NCBI GenBank assembly: GCA_963728205.1
Contig: CAVSIV010000002.1
Location: forward strand, 384,001 to 448,000
Origin: an uncultured Chloroflexia bacterium
GTDB lineage: Bacteria > Chloroflexota > Dehalococcoidia > UBA2979
Direction: 5' to 3'
Length of the DNA: 64,000 bases
Of the stretch, positions 8,930 to 18,018 are shown one piece after another (the stretch's first letter is position 1; each line of letters opens with the position of its first letter). Under the pieces are notes generated by a model that did not search any database, was not told where the DNA came from, and saw only the letters and a program-made list of their open reading frames with translations. The translations under genes and the position numbers were made by a program.

Positions 8930-11115
8930 CGCCGCGTGACGGGGCCGCGCCGGCACCGGGGCTCGCCCCGTTCGCGGAGCGCTACCGGCGCGCGCTCGCC
9001 GACCCCAACGTGCGCGAAGGCCTGCTCGGCTTCCAGCGCTCGTGGCGGGAGACGCGCGACGGGCAGATCGCGTCGCTGGAGGCGATCACCGGCCGTGCGT
9101 TCGACGACCTGCGTGCGGAGCTGGCGGCGGTGAAGGACCGGGTCCTCGCCGACCTCGCCGGCCACGTCGCACGCTTCCGGGCGCGCGCGGAAGCGGCCGG
9201 CGCGACCGTGGTGGAGGTGCCGGACGCCGCCGCCGCCAACGCCTACATCGCGCACCTCTGCCACGAGCGCGGCGTGACGCTCGCGGTGAAGGGCAAGTCG
9301 ATGGTCTCCGAGGAGATCGGCCTCAACGCTGCCCTCGCCGCCGCGGGCGTGGAGGCCGTCGAGACCGATCTCGGCGAGTGGATTCTGCAGCTGGCGGGTG
9401 ACCACCCGAGCCATCTCGTGATGCCGGCGATCCACAAGCGGCGCGGGCAGGTCGCCGAGTTGCTGACGCGCGTGCTCGGCCGTCCCTTCGACCCCGACGA
9501 CATTCCCGCGATGGTGCACAGCGTGCGCACCGCGCTGCGCGAGACGTTCCTCACCGCCGGCCTCGGCCTCACCGGCGCGAACGCCCTGATCGCGGAGACC
9601 GGCACGGTGATGCTCGTGACGAACGAGGGCAACGGCCGCATGTCGTCGAGCCTGCCGCCTGTCCACGTCGTCACCGCCGGCGTGGAGAAGCTCGTCCCGA
9701 CGGCGGCCGACGCCGTGAAGCAGTTGCGACTGCTCGCCCGCTCGGCCACCGGCCAGCCGATCACGACGTACACGACGTTCGTCAGCGGTCCGACGCCGGG
9801 CCACGAGCTGCACATCGTGCTGATCGACAACGGCCGCCGCGCGATGGCCGCCGACCCGGCGGTGGAATCGGCGCTGCGCTGCATCAAGTGCGGGGCCTGT
9901 GCGAACGTCTGCCCCGCGTACCAGGTCGTCGGCGGTCACGCGTTCGGATACGTGTACACCGGGCCGATCGGGCTGGTGACGACCGCGTACCACCACGGCC
10001 TCAACGCGGCGTCGGGGCCGCAGTCGCTCTGCGTGTCGTGTGGCGCGTGCGCGACGGTGTGCCCGGTGGACATCCCGCTGCCCGCGCAGATCCTCGAGGT
10101 GCGCCGGCAGGTGGTGGCGCGCGGCGGTGCACCGTGGTGGATGCGCACGGCGCTGCGCGGGTTCGCATCGCGCCGGCTGGTGGAGGTCGCGAGCCGCGCG
10201 CTGGCGGTGGCGGCGCTGCCGCTGCGGCGCGGCCGCTTCACGCGCCTGCCGGTGCGGCTGGCGCCGCGGCACCTGCGCTGGCGCACGCCCCCGGCGCTGG
10301 CCGTGCGGCCGGCGCACGCGCGCGCCGCGCTGCGCGCGGCGGCGCCCGCGCCGCTGCCCGGCGCGCCGCTCGCCGGACGGCGCGTCACGCTCTTCCTGCA
10401 GTGCGTCGCCGACCGCGCGGCGCCCGAGGTGCCGGTGGCGGCCGCGCGCCTGCTGCGCGCGTCGGGCGCCACCGTGACCGTCCCCGCGGCGCAGCACTGT
10501 TGCGGGCTGCCGGCGTTCGACGCCGGCGACTGGGGCGCCGCGCGCCGCATGGCCCGCGCGACGATCGCCGCGCTCGAGGGCGAGGACGACGTCGTCACGC
10601 CCGCGCCGAGCTGCGTGGTGGCGATGCTCCACGAATACGCGCGGCTCTTCGCGGAGGAGCCGGCGTGGCGCGACCGCGCGGCGCGGCTCGCGGGCCGCGT
10701 GCACGACCTCACGTCGTACCTCGCGGGCCCGGCGCGCCTGCCGGACGCCGCGCTGGCGGGGCGCCCGGGCGGACCGGTCGCGGTCGACCGCTTCTGCCAG
10801 GGCGCGAACATGCTCGGCGCCGGCGACCGGCTCGAGCGCCTGCTGCGCGACGTCGCCGGTACCGAGGTCGTGCCGCTCGCGGAGGCCGAGGTGTGCTGCG
10901 GCTTCGGCGGCTCGACGTCGCTGAGCGCGCCCGAGGTCGCCGCGCGCATCCTCGAGCGCAAGCTCGACAACGTGCGTGCCTCGGGCGCGACGACCCTGGT
11001 CACCGATAACCCCGGCTGCCTCCTGCACTTGCGGGGCGGCGCGGACGCGGCGGGGCTCGGCCTGCGCGTGGTGCACGTCGCGGAGTACCTGGCGGAGCGG
11101 CTGCCCCGCGACTGA
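8926..11115 (+). CDS. lutB: LutB lactate oxidation Fe-S protein fused to two CCG (LutA-like) domains
   Basis: KGKSMVSEEI, ETDLGEWI, PSHLVMPAIH, NEGNGR, two CxxCxxCxxxCP ferredoxin motifs, QHCCG and VCCGFGG. Confidence 0.92.
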   Translation: MTPRDGAAPAPGLAPFAERYRRALADPNVREGLLGFQRSWRETRDGQIASLEAITGRAFDDLRAELAAVKDRVLADLAGHVARFRARAEAAGATVVEVPDAAAANAYIAHLCHERGVTLAVKGKSMVSEEIGLNAALAAAGVEAVETDLGEWILQLAGDHPSHLVMPAIHKRRGQVAELLTRVLGRPFDPDDIPAMVHSVRTALRETFLTAGLGLTGANALIAETGTVMLVTNEGNGRMSSSLPPVHVVTAGVEKLVPTAADAVKQLRLLARSATGQPITTYTTFVSGPTPGHELHIVLIDNGRRAMAADPAVESALRCIKCGACANVCPAYQVVGGHAFGYVYTGPIGLVTTAYHHGLNAASGPQSLCVSCGACATVCPVDIPLPAQILEVRRQVVARGGAPWWMRTALRGFASRRLVEVASRALAVAALPLRRGRFTRLPVRLAPRHLRWRTPPALAVRPAHARAALRAAAPAPLPGAPLAGRRVTLFLQCVADRAAPEVPVAAARLLRASGATVTVPAAQHCCGLPAFDAGDWGAARRMARATIAALEGEDDVVTPAPSCVVAMLHEYARLFAEEPAWRDRAARLAGRVHDLTSYLAGPARLPDAALAGRPGGPVAVDRFCQGANMLGAGDRLERLLRDVAGTEVVPLAEAEVCCGFGGSTSLSAPEVAARILERKLDNVRASGATTLVTDNPGCLLHLRGGADAAGLGLRVVHVAEYLAERLPRD

Positions 11116-11118
11116 CGG

Positions 11119-13452
11119 CTATCGCGCGGCGGGCGAGGGCGCGGGCGAGGGCGCGGCGGTGGCGTTCGCGCCCGGGGTCGCGGTCGCCGCGGATCCCGTG
11201 GCGCCGCCGGTGGCCGGGCCGTCAGCGGGCACATCCGGCGGCGGCGCGCCCGTCACCGCGAGCAGCCGCCACTTGTGGATGCTCGGCACCTCGACGTCCT
11301 GTGCGAGCCACGGGTAGCCCGCGCTCCAGATCTTCGGCCACTGCAGGAAGAGCAGCGAGCGTGTGACGACGTCGAACGTCGGCTCCGGCGCCAGCACGAA
11401 GTCTCCGTACTTCCACGGCGCGCCGAGCATCTGCGAGCGGAAGTCCTGGTCCGTCGACGTCACGAACTGCTCGGGGTGCCGCACGTAGAGGACGATCGCG
11501 CCGCCCGACGACACGTCGAACAGCACGGTCTGGTGCGGCGCGACGGTGCGGTCGACCGCGGCCGCGACATCCTTCCACTCGGTCACGGCCTCCTGCCGCG
11601 TTGGCACCGAGCCGAAGTCGGTGTTCGTGAAGACGGCGTTCTGCCAGCGCTGCGCGGTCGTCGGATGCTGGGCGTCAAAGCTCTGGTAGGTGATCAGGAA
11701 CGTGCGGAGCACGGGCATGAACGCGACGGCCACGACGATCGGGGCGAGCAGCACGCGCATGTTGCGATTGTGGCTCAGGCTCATCGCGTAGACCGCGGTG
11801 ACGACGCCCATCGGCGCGACCCAGTACCAGTAGCGGCCGTACGGCGGCAGCGACCCCAGGTAGCCGGTGATGACCCCGAAGGCGGGGATCGACCAGGCGA
11901 CGCCGACGACCGCGAGGCTGCGGGCGTCGCGTCGGCGCAGGGCGTGGACGAGCAGCACGAGGGTGAACACGAGCAGCAGCGGCGAGAAGTAGCCGACGCG
12001 GTCGAGCACCATGCTCACGGTGCCCGCGAGCGAGTGGTACGCGTGGTAGACGAGCGTGCCCTGCGGACCGTAGCCGGCGAGGTCGGGACCGGCGAGGGCG
12101 GCGGTGTCCGGCGACTGCTTCGTCGAGCCGGAGCCGGTGAGGAAGTAGAACGGCGATCCGACGGTCTGGAGGCTCAGGTACATCCAGACGCCGAGCGCGA
12201 AGCCGCTGGGCACGCCGAAGGCGAGCAGGTTGTTCCACGCCGGCGCCATGCCGTGGTCGCGCTCGGCGCGCGCGTCGCGGAAGAACCGGAAGCCGGGCAC
12301 GCCGCCGTAGAGCACGATGAAGATCGCGAGTCCCATGGCCGCGGCCCAGAACGCGGCCTCGTAGCGGCAGAGGATGGCGCCCCCGGTCGCGACGCCTGCG
12401 ATCGCGACAAGCCCTGACTGCGGATCGCGCAGCCACTTCACGAACGCGAGCAGCGACGCCAGCAGGAAGAACGCGAGCACCGGCTCGGACAGGCCGGCGA
12501 CGGAGGTCTGCAGGAACTGCTCGTTGAGCAGCAGCGCAAGCGAGAGCAGCAGCGCGAGCGCCCGGCCGGCGTGCAACTGGCGGAGCAACGCGTAGAACAG
12601 CAGCACGGCGCCGGCCGCGTAGAGCGAGCCCATGACCGTCCCCGCGAAGAACGGCTGACCGAGCGGCTGGGCGAAGAGCAGGAACGGCACGTCGGAGAGC
12701 GACGGGATCGGCGGCCACACGAACCCGAGCGCGCCGAGGTGCGGGTGCCGGCCGAACACGACCTGGAACGCCTGCATCACGCGCGCGCCGCCGTCGCCGG
12801 TGCTCATCCCCATGCCGACGACGCCGATCCATCCGTAGACGATGCACGCGCCTAAGACGCCGAAGTATGCCCCGATCCACGCGCGCCGCGCCCACAGGCC
12901 CTGCGCCACGCGCTCGCCCCCGGCGATCGACATCAGCTCGACGTCGAAGACGGGTGCGGCGTAGGAGAGGTCCATCGGGCGCGCCACCGGGTGCATCGGC
13001 TCCAGCCGGTAGCCCCAGATGTGGAGGACCACGAAGGTCGCGGTGTACTGGAGCGCGCACGGCAGCATGAGCATGCCCGTCACCGCGGGCAGGTCGAACT
13101 CTTCGGTGGTGACGCGCGTCCCGGCGAGCGCGACGAAGGCCGCGACCTGCACCAGCATGCCGAACAGGTTCGCGAGCATGAAGCGGCGGAGGGCCGGCCC
13201 GCGGAAGAGCACGCCCGAACGGAACGCGAGGATCGAGTTGCCGACCAGCGACGCGACGATCCCCGCGAGCGCGGCGGCGGTGTCGAACGTGGCGAGACCG
13301 GGGCGACCCGCGATCGCGTGCGAGCGCAGTCCGGCGTAGAGGACGACCGCGGTCGTGAGGAAGGCGGGGACGTTGCTCAGCGCGTACGCGATGCCCTGGT
13401 AGGCGAGCGGGGTGACGCCCGTGAAGCGGCGGGGTTCACTGCGGGCGCCCAT
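11119..13452 (-). CDS. Membrane glycosyltransferase (GT-C/PMT-like) with N-terminal GtrA-like domain
   Basis: Four N-terminal TMs with RRFMLAN; then GDG-AR, GFVWPP, LSEP, CRYE-A motifs, many TMs and a soluble C-tail. Confidence 0.7.
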   Translation of the reverse strand: MGARSEPRRFTGVTPLAYQGIAYALSNVPAFLTTAVVLYAGLRSHAIAGRPGLATFDTAAALAGIVASLVGNSILAFRSGVLFRGPALRRFMLANLFGMLVQVAAFVALAGTRVTTEEFDLPAVTGMLMLPCALQYTATFVVLHIWGYRLEPMHPVARPMDLSYAAPVFDVELMSIAGGERVAQGLWARRAWIGAYFGVLGACIVYGWIGVVGMGMSTGDGGARVMQAFQVVFGRHPHLGALGFVWPPIPSLSDVPFLLFAQPLGQPFFAGTVMGSLYAAGAVLLFYALLRQLHAGRALALLLSLALLLNEQFLQTSVAGLSEPVLAFFLLASLLAFVKWLRDPQSGLVAIAGVATGGAILCRYEAAFWAAAMGLAIFIVLYGGVPGFRFFRDARAERDHGMAPAWNNLLAFGVPSGFALGVWMYLSLQTVGSPFYFLTGSGSTKQSPDTAALAGPDLAGYGPQGTLVYHAYHSLAGTVSMVLDRVGYFSPLLLVFTLVLLVHALRRRDARSLAVVGVAWSIPAFGVITGYLGSLPPYGRYWYWVAPMGVVTAVYAMSLSHNRNMRVLLAPIVVAVAFMPVLRTFLITYQSFDAQHPTTAQRWQNAVFTNTDFGSVPTRQEAVTEWKDVAAAVDRTVAPHQTVLFDVSSGGAIVLYVRHPEQFVTSTDQDFRSQMLGAPWKYGDFVLAPEPTFDVVTRSLLFLQWPKIWSAGYPWLAQDVEVPSIHKWRLLAVTGAPPPDVPADGPATGGATGSAATATPGANATAAPSPAPSPAAR

Positions 13453-13634
13453 GACACCAGTGGACCGCGAGTGCGGTGACTGCGGCAAGCCCCGCAGGCC
13501 CGTACTTCCCGCAGGGGGTGATCGCTCGCAGCCGCGGCGTGCCTAGCATCGCTGCGGGCGGTGACGGAGGTCGTCGTGCGCGAAGCGGCAGCGCATCTCC
13601 CGGGGCGGCGAGGCGGCCGGCGGGCCTGCCCGCG

Positions 13635-15152
13635 ATGAGCTACGCGCGGGTGCGATCAGTCGCGTTCGTCGGCATCGAGGGGATCCCCGTCGATGTCGAG
13701 GTGAACATCAGCAGCGGGTTGCCGGCGTTCTGGGTGGTGGGCCTGGCGGATACGGCGGTTCAGGAGGCGCGCGAGCGGGTGCGCGCGGGGATCCGGAACG
13801 CCGGGTTCGAGTTCCCAATGCGGCGGATCGTCGTCAGCCTCGCGCCGTCGGACGTGCGGAAAGAGGGGCCGATCTACGACCTGCCGATCGCGGTCGCCAT
13901 CCTGCTGGCGACCGGCCAGCTGCAGCCGCAATACGCGGAGATGGCGTTCGTCGGGGAACTCTCGCTCGAGGGCAGGCTGCGGCACGTGAACGGCGTGCTG
14001 CCATTCGTCGCGATGTGCCTGGATGCGAGGATCGAGACGGCGGTCGTCCCGGCGCTCGACCTGGCGGAGGCTCGCGGGATGGACGGCGTGCGGGTGCTCG
14101 GCCTGGAGTCGCTGCGCCAGGTCGGCCGGCCGATCGAGGACTGGCGCTCGCCTGTGGCGTCGGGTGCAGAGGGTGGCGGCGTCGAGGAGCCGGCGCACGA
14201 CGTCGCGGTGGTGCAGGGGCAGGATCACGCGAAGCGCGCGCTGGAGATTGCCGCCGCCGGCGGACACAACCTGCTGATGCAGGGGCCGCCTGGCGCGGGC
14301 AAGACGCTGCTCGCGCGCACGCTCCCCGGCCTGCTGGCGCCGCTCACCGCGCGCGAGGCGATCGAGGTCTCCAAGCTCTACTCGGTGGCGGGTCTGCTTT
14401 CGAGCGACCAGCCGCTCCTTCACGCGCGGCCGTTCCGCGCGCCGCACCACACGATCTCGTACGCGGGGCTCGTCGGCGGCGGCGCGCACGTGCGGCCGGG
14501 CGAGGTGTCGCTCGCGCACCGGGGCGTCCTCTTTCTCGACGAGCTCCCTGAGTTCTCCAGCGCCGCGCTCGAGGCGCTCCGCGAACCGCTGGAGTCGGGC
14601 GTCATCACAATCTCTCGCGCGCGTGGCTCCGTGACGTTCCCCGCGCGCCTGCTGCTGGTCGCGGCGATGAACCCGTGTCCGTGTGGCTATTACGGCGACG
14701 CCCGACGCGAGTGCTCCTGCGCGGAGGCGGCGGTCTCGCGCTACCAGCACCGCATCTCCGGTCCGCTGCTCGATCGCCTCGACCTCTTCGTCGACGTCCC
14801 CCGCGTCGAGTACGCAGAGCTGACGGAAGGCGCGCCCGGGGAGCGGTCCGCCTCCGTGCGCGCCCGGGTGGTGGAAGCGCGCGCCCGCCAGCTGGAGCGC
14901 CTGCGCGGGACCGCCCAGGCGTCGAACGCGGAGATGGGACCGCTCGAAGTGCGTCGCCACTGCCAGGACGCCCTGGCAGAAGACGCCGCGCCGCTCCTTG
15001 CGGCGGCGACTGAGCGCCTCGGCCTGTCCGCACGAGCGTTCCATCGCGTGCTCAAGGTCGCGCGGACGATCGCGGACCTGGCGGGATCGGACCGCATCGA
15101 GAGCGCGCACGTCGCGGAGGCGATCCAGTACCGCCGTCGCGGGAGCGAGTGA
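13635..15152 (+). CDS. comM: YifB/ComM family AAA+ ATPase (Mg-chelatase-like)
   Basis: VGLADTAVQEARERV, GPPGAGKT, PFRAPHH, LFLDELPEF, NPCPCG, ISGPLLDR. Confidence 0.95.
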   Translation: MSYARVRSVAFVGIEGIPVDVEVNISSGLPAFWVVGLADTAVQEARERVRAGIRNAGFEFPMRRIVVSLAPSDVRKEGPIYDLPIAVAILLATGQLQPQYAEMAFVGELSLEGRLRHVNGVLPFVAMCLDARIETAVVPALDLAEARGMDGVRVLGLESLRQVGRPIEDWRSPVASGAEGGGVEEPAHDVAVVQGQDHAKRALEIAAAGGHNLLMQGPPGAGKTLLARTLPGLLAPLTAREAIEVSKLYSVAGLLSSDQPLLHARPFRAPHHTISYAGLVGGGAHVRPGEVSLAHRGVLFLDELPEFSSAALEALREPLESGVITISRARGSVTFPARLLLVAAMNPCPCGYYGDARRECSCAEAAVSRYQHRISGPLLDRLDLFVDVPRVEYAELTEGAPGERSASVRARVVEARARQLERLRGTAQASNAEMGPLEVRRHCQDALAEDAAPLLAAATERLGLSARAFHRVLKVARTIADLAGSDRIESAHVAEAIQYRRRGSE

Positions 15153-15250
15153 ACCGGGGGATGACGGGAGGACGTCAGCGCAGCGGTCGGGAGGTTGCGC
15201 GCGGTGCCATCGGGTGGCGGGGCGTCGCGCGCCCCGCCATACTCCCGCGC

Positions 15251-16384
15251 ATGAGCATGCTCCCGTTCCGCATCGAGTTCTCCGAGCGCGCCATCGACGA
15301 CCTCCACCGGCGCATCGACAACACACGCTGGCCGGAGATCGCCGTCGACCAGGGCTGGGCCGCCGGCGTCAACGACGCGGTGCTCCGCGACCTCGTCCGC
15401 TACTGGCGGCGCGACTACGACTGGTTCGCGGTCCAGGAGCGCCTGAACCGGCTCACGCACCTGCGCGGTCCGATCGGCGGCGAAGAGATGCATTGCGTCG
15501 TGTACACGGGCCCCGGGAGCGAGCGACGCACCCCGCTGCTCCTGCTGCACGGCTGGCCGGGGTCGTTCGTGGAGTTCCTCGCCGCGGCGGAGCTGCTGGC
15601 GGCGGGCATGGACGGTCGTCCGCCGTTCGACCTCGTGATCCCGTCGCTCCCCGGCTTCGCGTTCTCCGAGGCGCCGCGCGAGCCCGGCATGCACCCCGGC
15701 AAGGTCGCCGAGCGGATGCACCTGCTGATGCGTGAGCTCGGCTACGAGCGATACGGCGTCCAGGGCGGCGACTGGGGCGGGATCATCGCGCCCGCGCTCG
15801 CGCGGCAGCAGCCGGACGCGGTCCTCGGGCTACACGTGAACTTTGGCGTGGGCGGCCCCCCGCCGCCGGCCGGCGTCGAGCAGTCGCCCGCCGAGCGGGC
15901 CTACCGCCGGCAGCGCCAGCGCTTCGAGGCGGAGGAGACCGGGTACAGCCGCATCCAGGGCACGCGCCCGCAGAGCCTCGCCTACGCGCAGCACGACTCG
16001 CCGGTCGGTCTGCTCGCGTGGATCCTCGAGAAGTTCTGGGTGTGGAGCGATCACGGCGACGATCTCTGGGACACGTTCGACCGCGAGGCCGTCCTCACCA
16101 ACGTGACGCTGTACTGGCTGACCGGCAGCATCCTGTCGGCGGCGCGCATCTACTACGAGACCTCGCACTCCGGTGGCGCGTTCATGGGCGGTCGCGTCGA
16201 GGTGCCGACCGGATACGCGCGCTTCCCGGCCGAGCCGTTCGCACCGCCGCGCGAGGTGATGGAGCGTGTGGTCAACCTCGTGCACTACGCGGAGCCCGAG
16301 CGCGGCGGCCACTTCGCCGCCATGGAGCAGCCCGAGCTCTTCGCGCGCGACGTCGCGGCATTCTTCGGCGCGCGCGGGCGGTAG
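15251..16384 (+). CDS. Epoxide hydrolase (microsomal-type alpha/beta hydrolase)
   Basis: EHN N-terminus, HGWPGSF, GGDWG nucleophile, GGHFAAMEQP. Confidence 0.93.
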   Translation: MSMLPFRIEFSERAIDDLHRRIDNTRWPEIAVDQGWAAGVNDAVLRDLVRYWRRDYDWFAVQERLNRLTHLRGPIGGEEMHCVVYTGPGSERRTPLLLLHGWPGSFVEFLAAAELLAAGMDGRPPFDLVIPSLPGFAFSEAPREPGMHPGKVAERMHLLMRELGYERYGVQGGDWGGIIAPALARQQPDAVLGLHVNFGVGGPPPPAGVEQSPAERAYRRQRQRFEAEETGYSRIQGTRPQSLAYAQHDSPVGLLAWILEKFWVWSDHGDDLWDTFDREAVLTNVTLYWLTGSILSAARIYYETSHSGGAFMGGRVEVPTGYARFPAEPFAPPREVMERVVNLVHYAEPERGGHFAAMEQPELFARDVAAFFGARGR

Positions 16385-16447
16385 CCGGGGACGCGCGTCG
16401 CATCGCATTGCTCGCAATCTAGCCCGTTCGTACACTGGCGCCCACGC

Positions 16448-16522
16448 GCCCTCGTAGCTCAGGGGATAGAGCACCGGCCTCCGGAGCCGGGTGCGCAGGT
16501 TCGAATCCTGCCGGGGGCACCA
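16448..16522 (+). tRNA. tRNA-Arg(CCG)
   Basis: GCCCTCG acceptor, anticodon arm CCGGC-CTCCGGA-GCCGG, GGTTCGAATCC T-loop, encoded CCA. Confidence 0.97.
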
Positions 16523-16628
16523 TCGAACCGACCCACCCGCACCGACCAGCGCGCGCGGCTTCCCGGACACGCCCCGACCCGGCTGTGCATGGGCCGCGCC
16601 GCGCCGACCCACAGATGGGGGTTCACCT

Positions 16629-17420
16629 GTGAGCAGTGATCGAAGGCGGAACCGCCGCCGCCAACGGCGCGCGTCTCGCCCCTCCGGCTACACCCCGGCC
16701 GGGCCGGTGCAGTTCACCGGCGTGATGGGGTTCTTCCAGCGCAACACCAAGGCCTTCTTCATCGTGGGTATCGCCGTGATGCTCGTGAGCCTCGGCAGCG
16801 TCGTGATCGCGTCGAAGCTCGGCAACGTCGCGAGCAACACGGCCGCCACGCCCACCGTCGAGGCCAGCGCCACGGCGTCGTCGTCCGCGACCGCAACGGC
16901 GACCGTGCAGCGCACGTACAGCGCACCGCCGCCGATGAGCATCGACACCAGCAAGACGTACGACGCCGTGATCCACCTCGAGAGCGGCGATGTGAAGATC
17001 CAGCTGCTGCCGAAGGACGCGCCGCAGTACGTGAACAACTTCGTGTTCCTCGCGCAGCACCACTTCTACGACGGCCTGACGTTCCACCGGGTCGTGCCCG
17101 GCTTCGTCGCGCAGGCGGGTGACCCGAGCGGCACGGGTTACGAGGACGCCGGCTACAGCCTCCCCGAGGAGACGAACACGCTGCCGTTCGACGCCGGCGT
17201 GATCTCGATGGCGAAGGCCGGGACGCGCGTCAGCAGCTCGCAGTTCTTCATCACGCTCGCGCCGGCCGGCAACCTGAACGGCCAGTTCACCGTCTTCGGC
17301 AAGGTCACGAGCGGCCTGGAGCTGCTGCAGGCGCTGCCCACGCGCGACCCGACCAACCCCGAGGCGCCGTCGGGCGCCGTCATCAAGAGCATCGACATCA
17401 CGGAAGGGAGCGGAGGATGA
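16629..17420 (+). CDS. Membrane-anchored cyclophilin-type peptidyl-prolyl isomerase
   Basis: Arg-rich N-terminus, one TM, Ser/Thr/Ala linker, FYDGLTFHRVVPGFVAQAGDP, SQFFI. Confidence 0.9.
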   Translation: MSSDRRRNRRRQRRASRPSGYTPAGPVQFTGVMGFFQRNTKAFFIVGIAVMLVSLGSVVIASKLGNVASNTAATPTVEASATASSSATATATVQRTYSAPPPMSIDTSKTYDAVIHLESGDVKIQLLPKDAPQYVNNFVFLAQHHFYDGLTFHRVVPGFVAQAGDPSGTGYEDAGYSLPEETNTLPFDAGVISMAKAGTRVSSSQFFITLAPAGNLNGQFTVFGKVTSGLELLQALPTRDPTNPEAPSGAVIKSIDITEGSGG

Positions 17421-17920
17421 GCCGCCAGTACGACGCGCCGCCGCCCATGACCATTGACCCCGAGGGTGCCTACCAGGCCGTGCTGCACACCGAGCGCGGC
17501 GACATCACCGTGCGGCTGATGCCGGACGTGGCGCCCGTCACCGTCAACAACTTCGTGTTCCTCGCGCGCGAGGGCTTCTACGACGGCTGCACGTTCCACC
17601 GCGTGATCCCCGGGTTCGTCGCCCAGGGCGGCGACCCCACCGGCTCCGGCCGCGGTGGCCCCGGCTATCGCATCCCCGACGAGCTCAACGAGACGCCGTT
17701 CGACCAGGGCGTGCTCGGCATGGCGAACGCCGGCCCGAACACGAACGGGTCGCAGTTCTACCTGATGATCGGCGACGCACCCCACTTGAACGGGCGCTAC
17801 ACGGCGTTCGGGCGTGTGGAGTCCGGGATGGATGTCGCGCTCGCCCTGCGGCCGCGCGACCCGGCGAGCGACCCCAGCCCGGGCGATCGCATCGAGTCCG
17901 TGGAGATCGTCGAGGGCTGA
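17417..17920 (+). CDS. Cyclophilin-type peptidyl-prolyl isomerase
   Basis: FYDGCTFHRVIPGFVAQGGDP, MANAGPNTNGSQF; ATGA overlap with the upstream gene. Confidence 0.95.
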   Translation: MSRQYDAPPPMTIDPEGAYQAVLHTERGDITVRLMPDVAPVTVNNFVFLAREGFYDGCTFHRVIPGFVAQGGDPTGSGRGGPGYRIPDELNETPFDQGVLGMANAGPNTNGSQFYLMIGDAPHLNGRYTAFGRVESGMDVALALRPRDPASDPSPGDRIESVEIVEG

Positions 17921-18018
17921 GCCCCGACGCGCGACCCCGTCGCCCGGTGAGACGCCCGTATCGGGTGCGATAGATACGGAACCGGCCCGCTTCCGCCGAT
18001 ATTGATCGGGGGGCAGGC

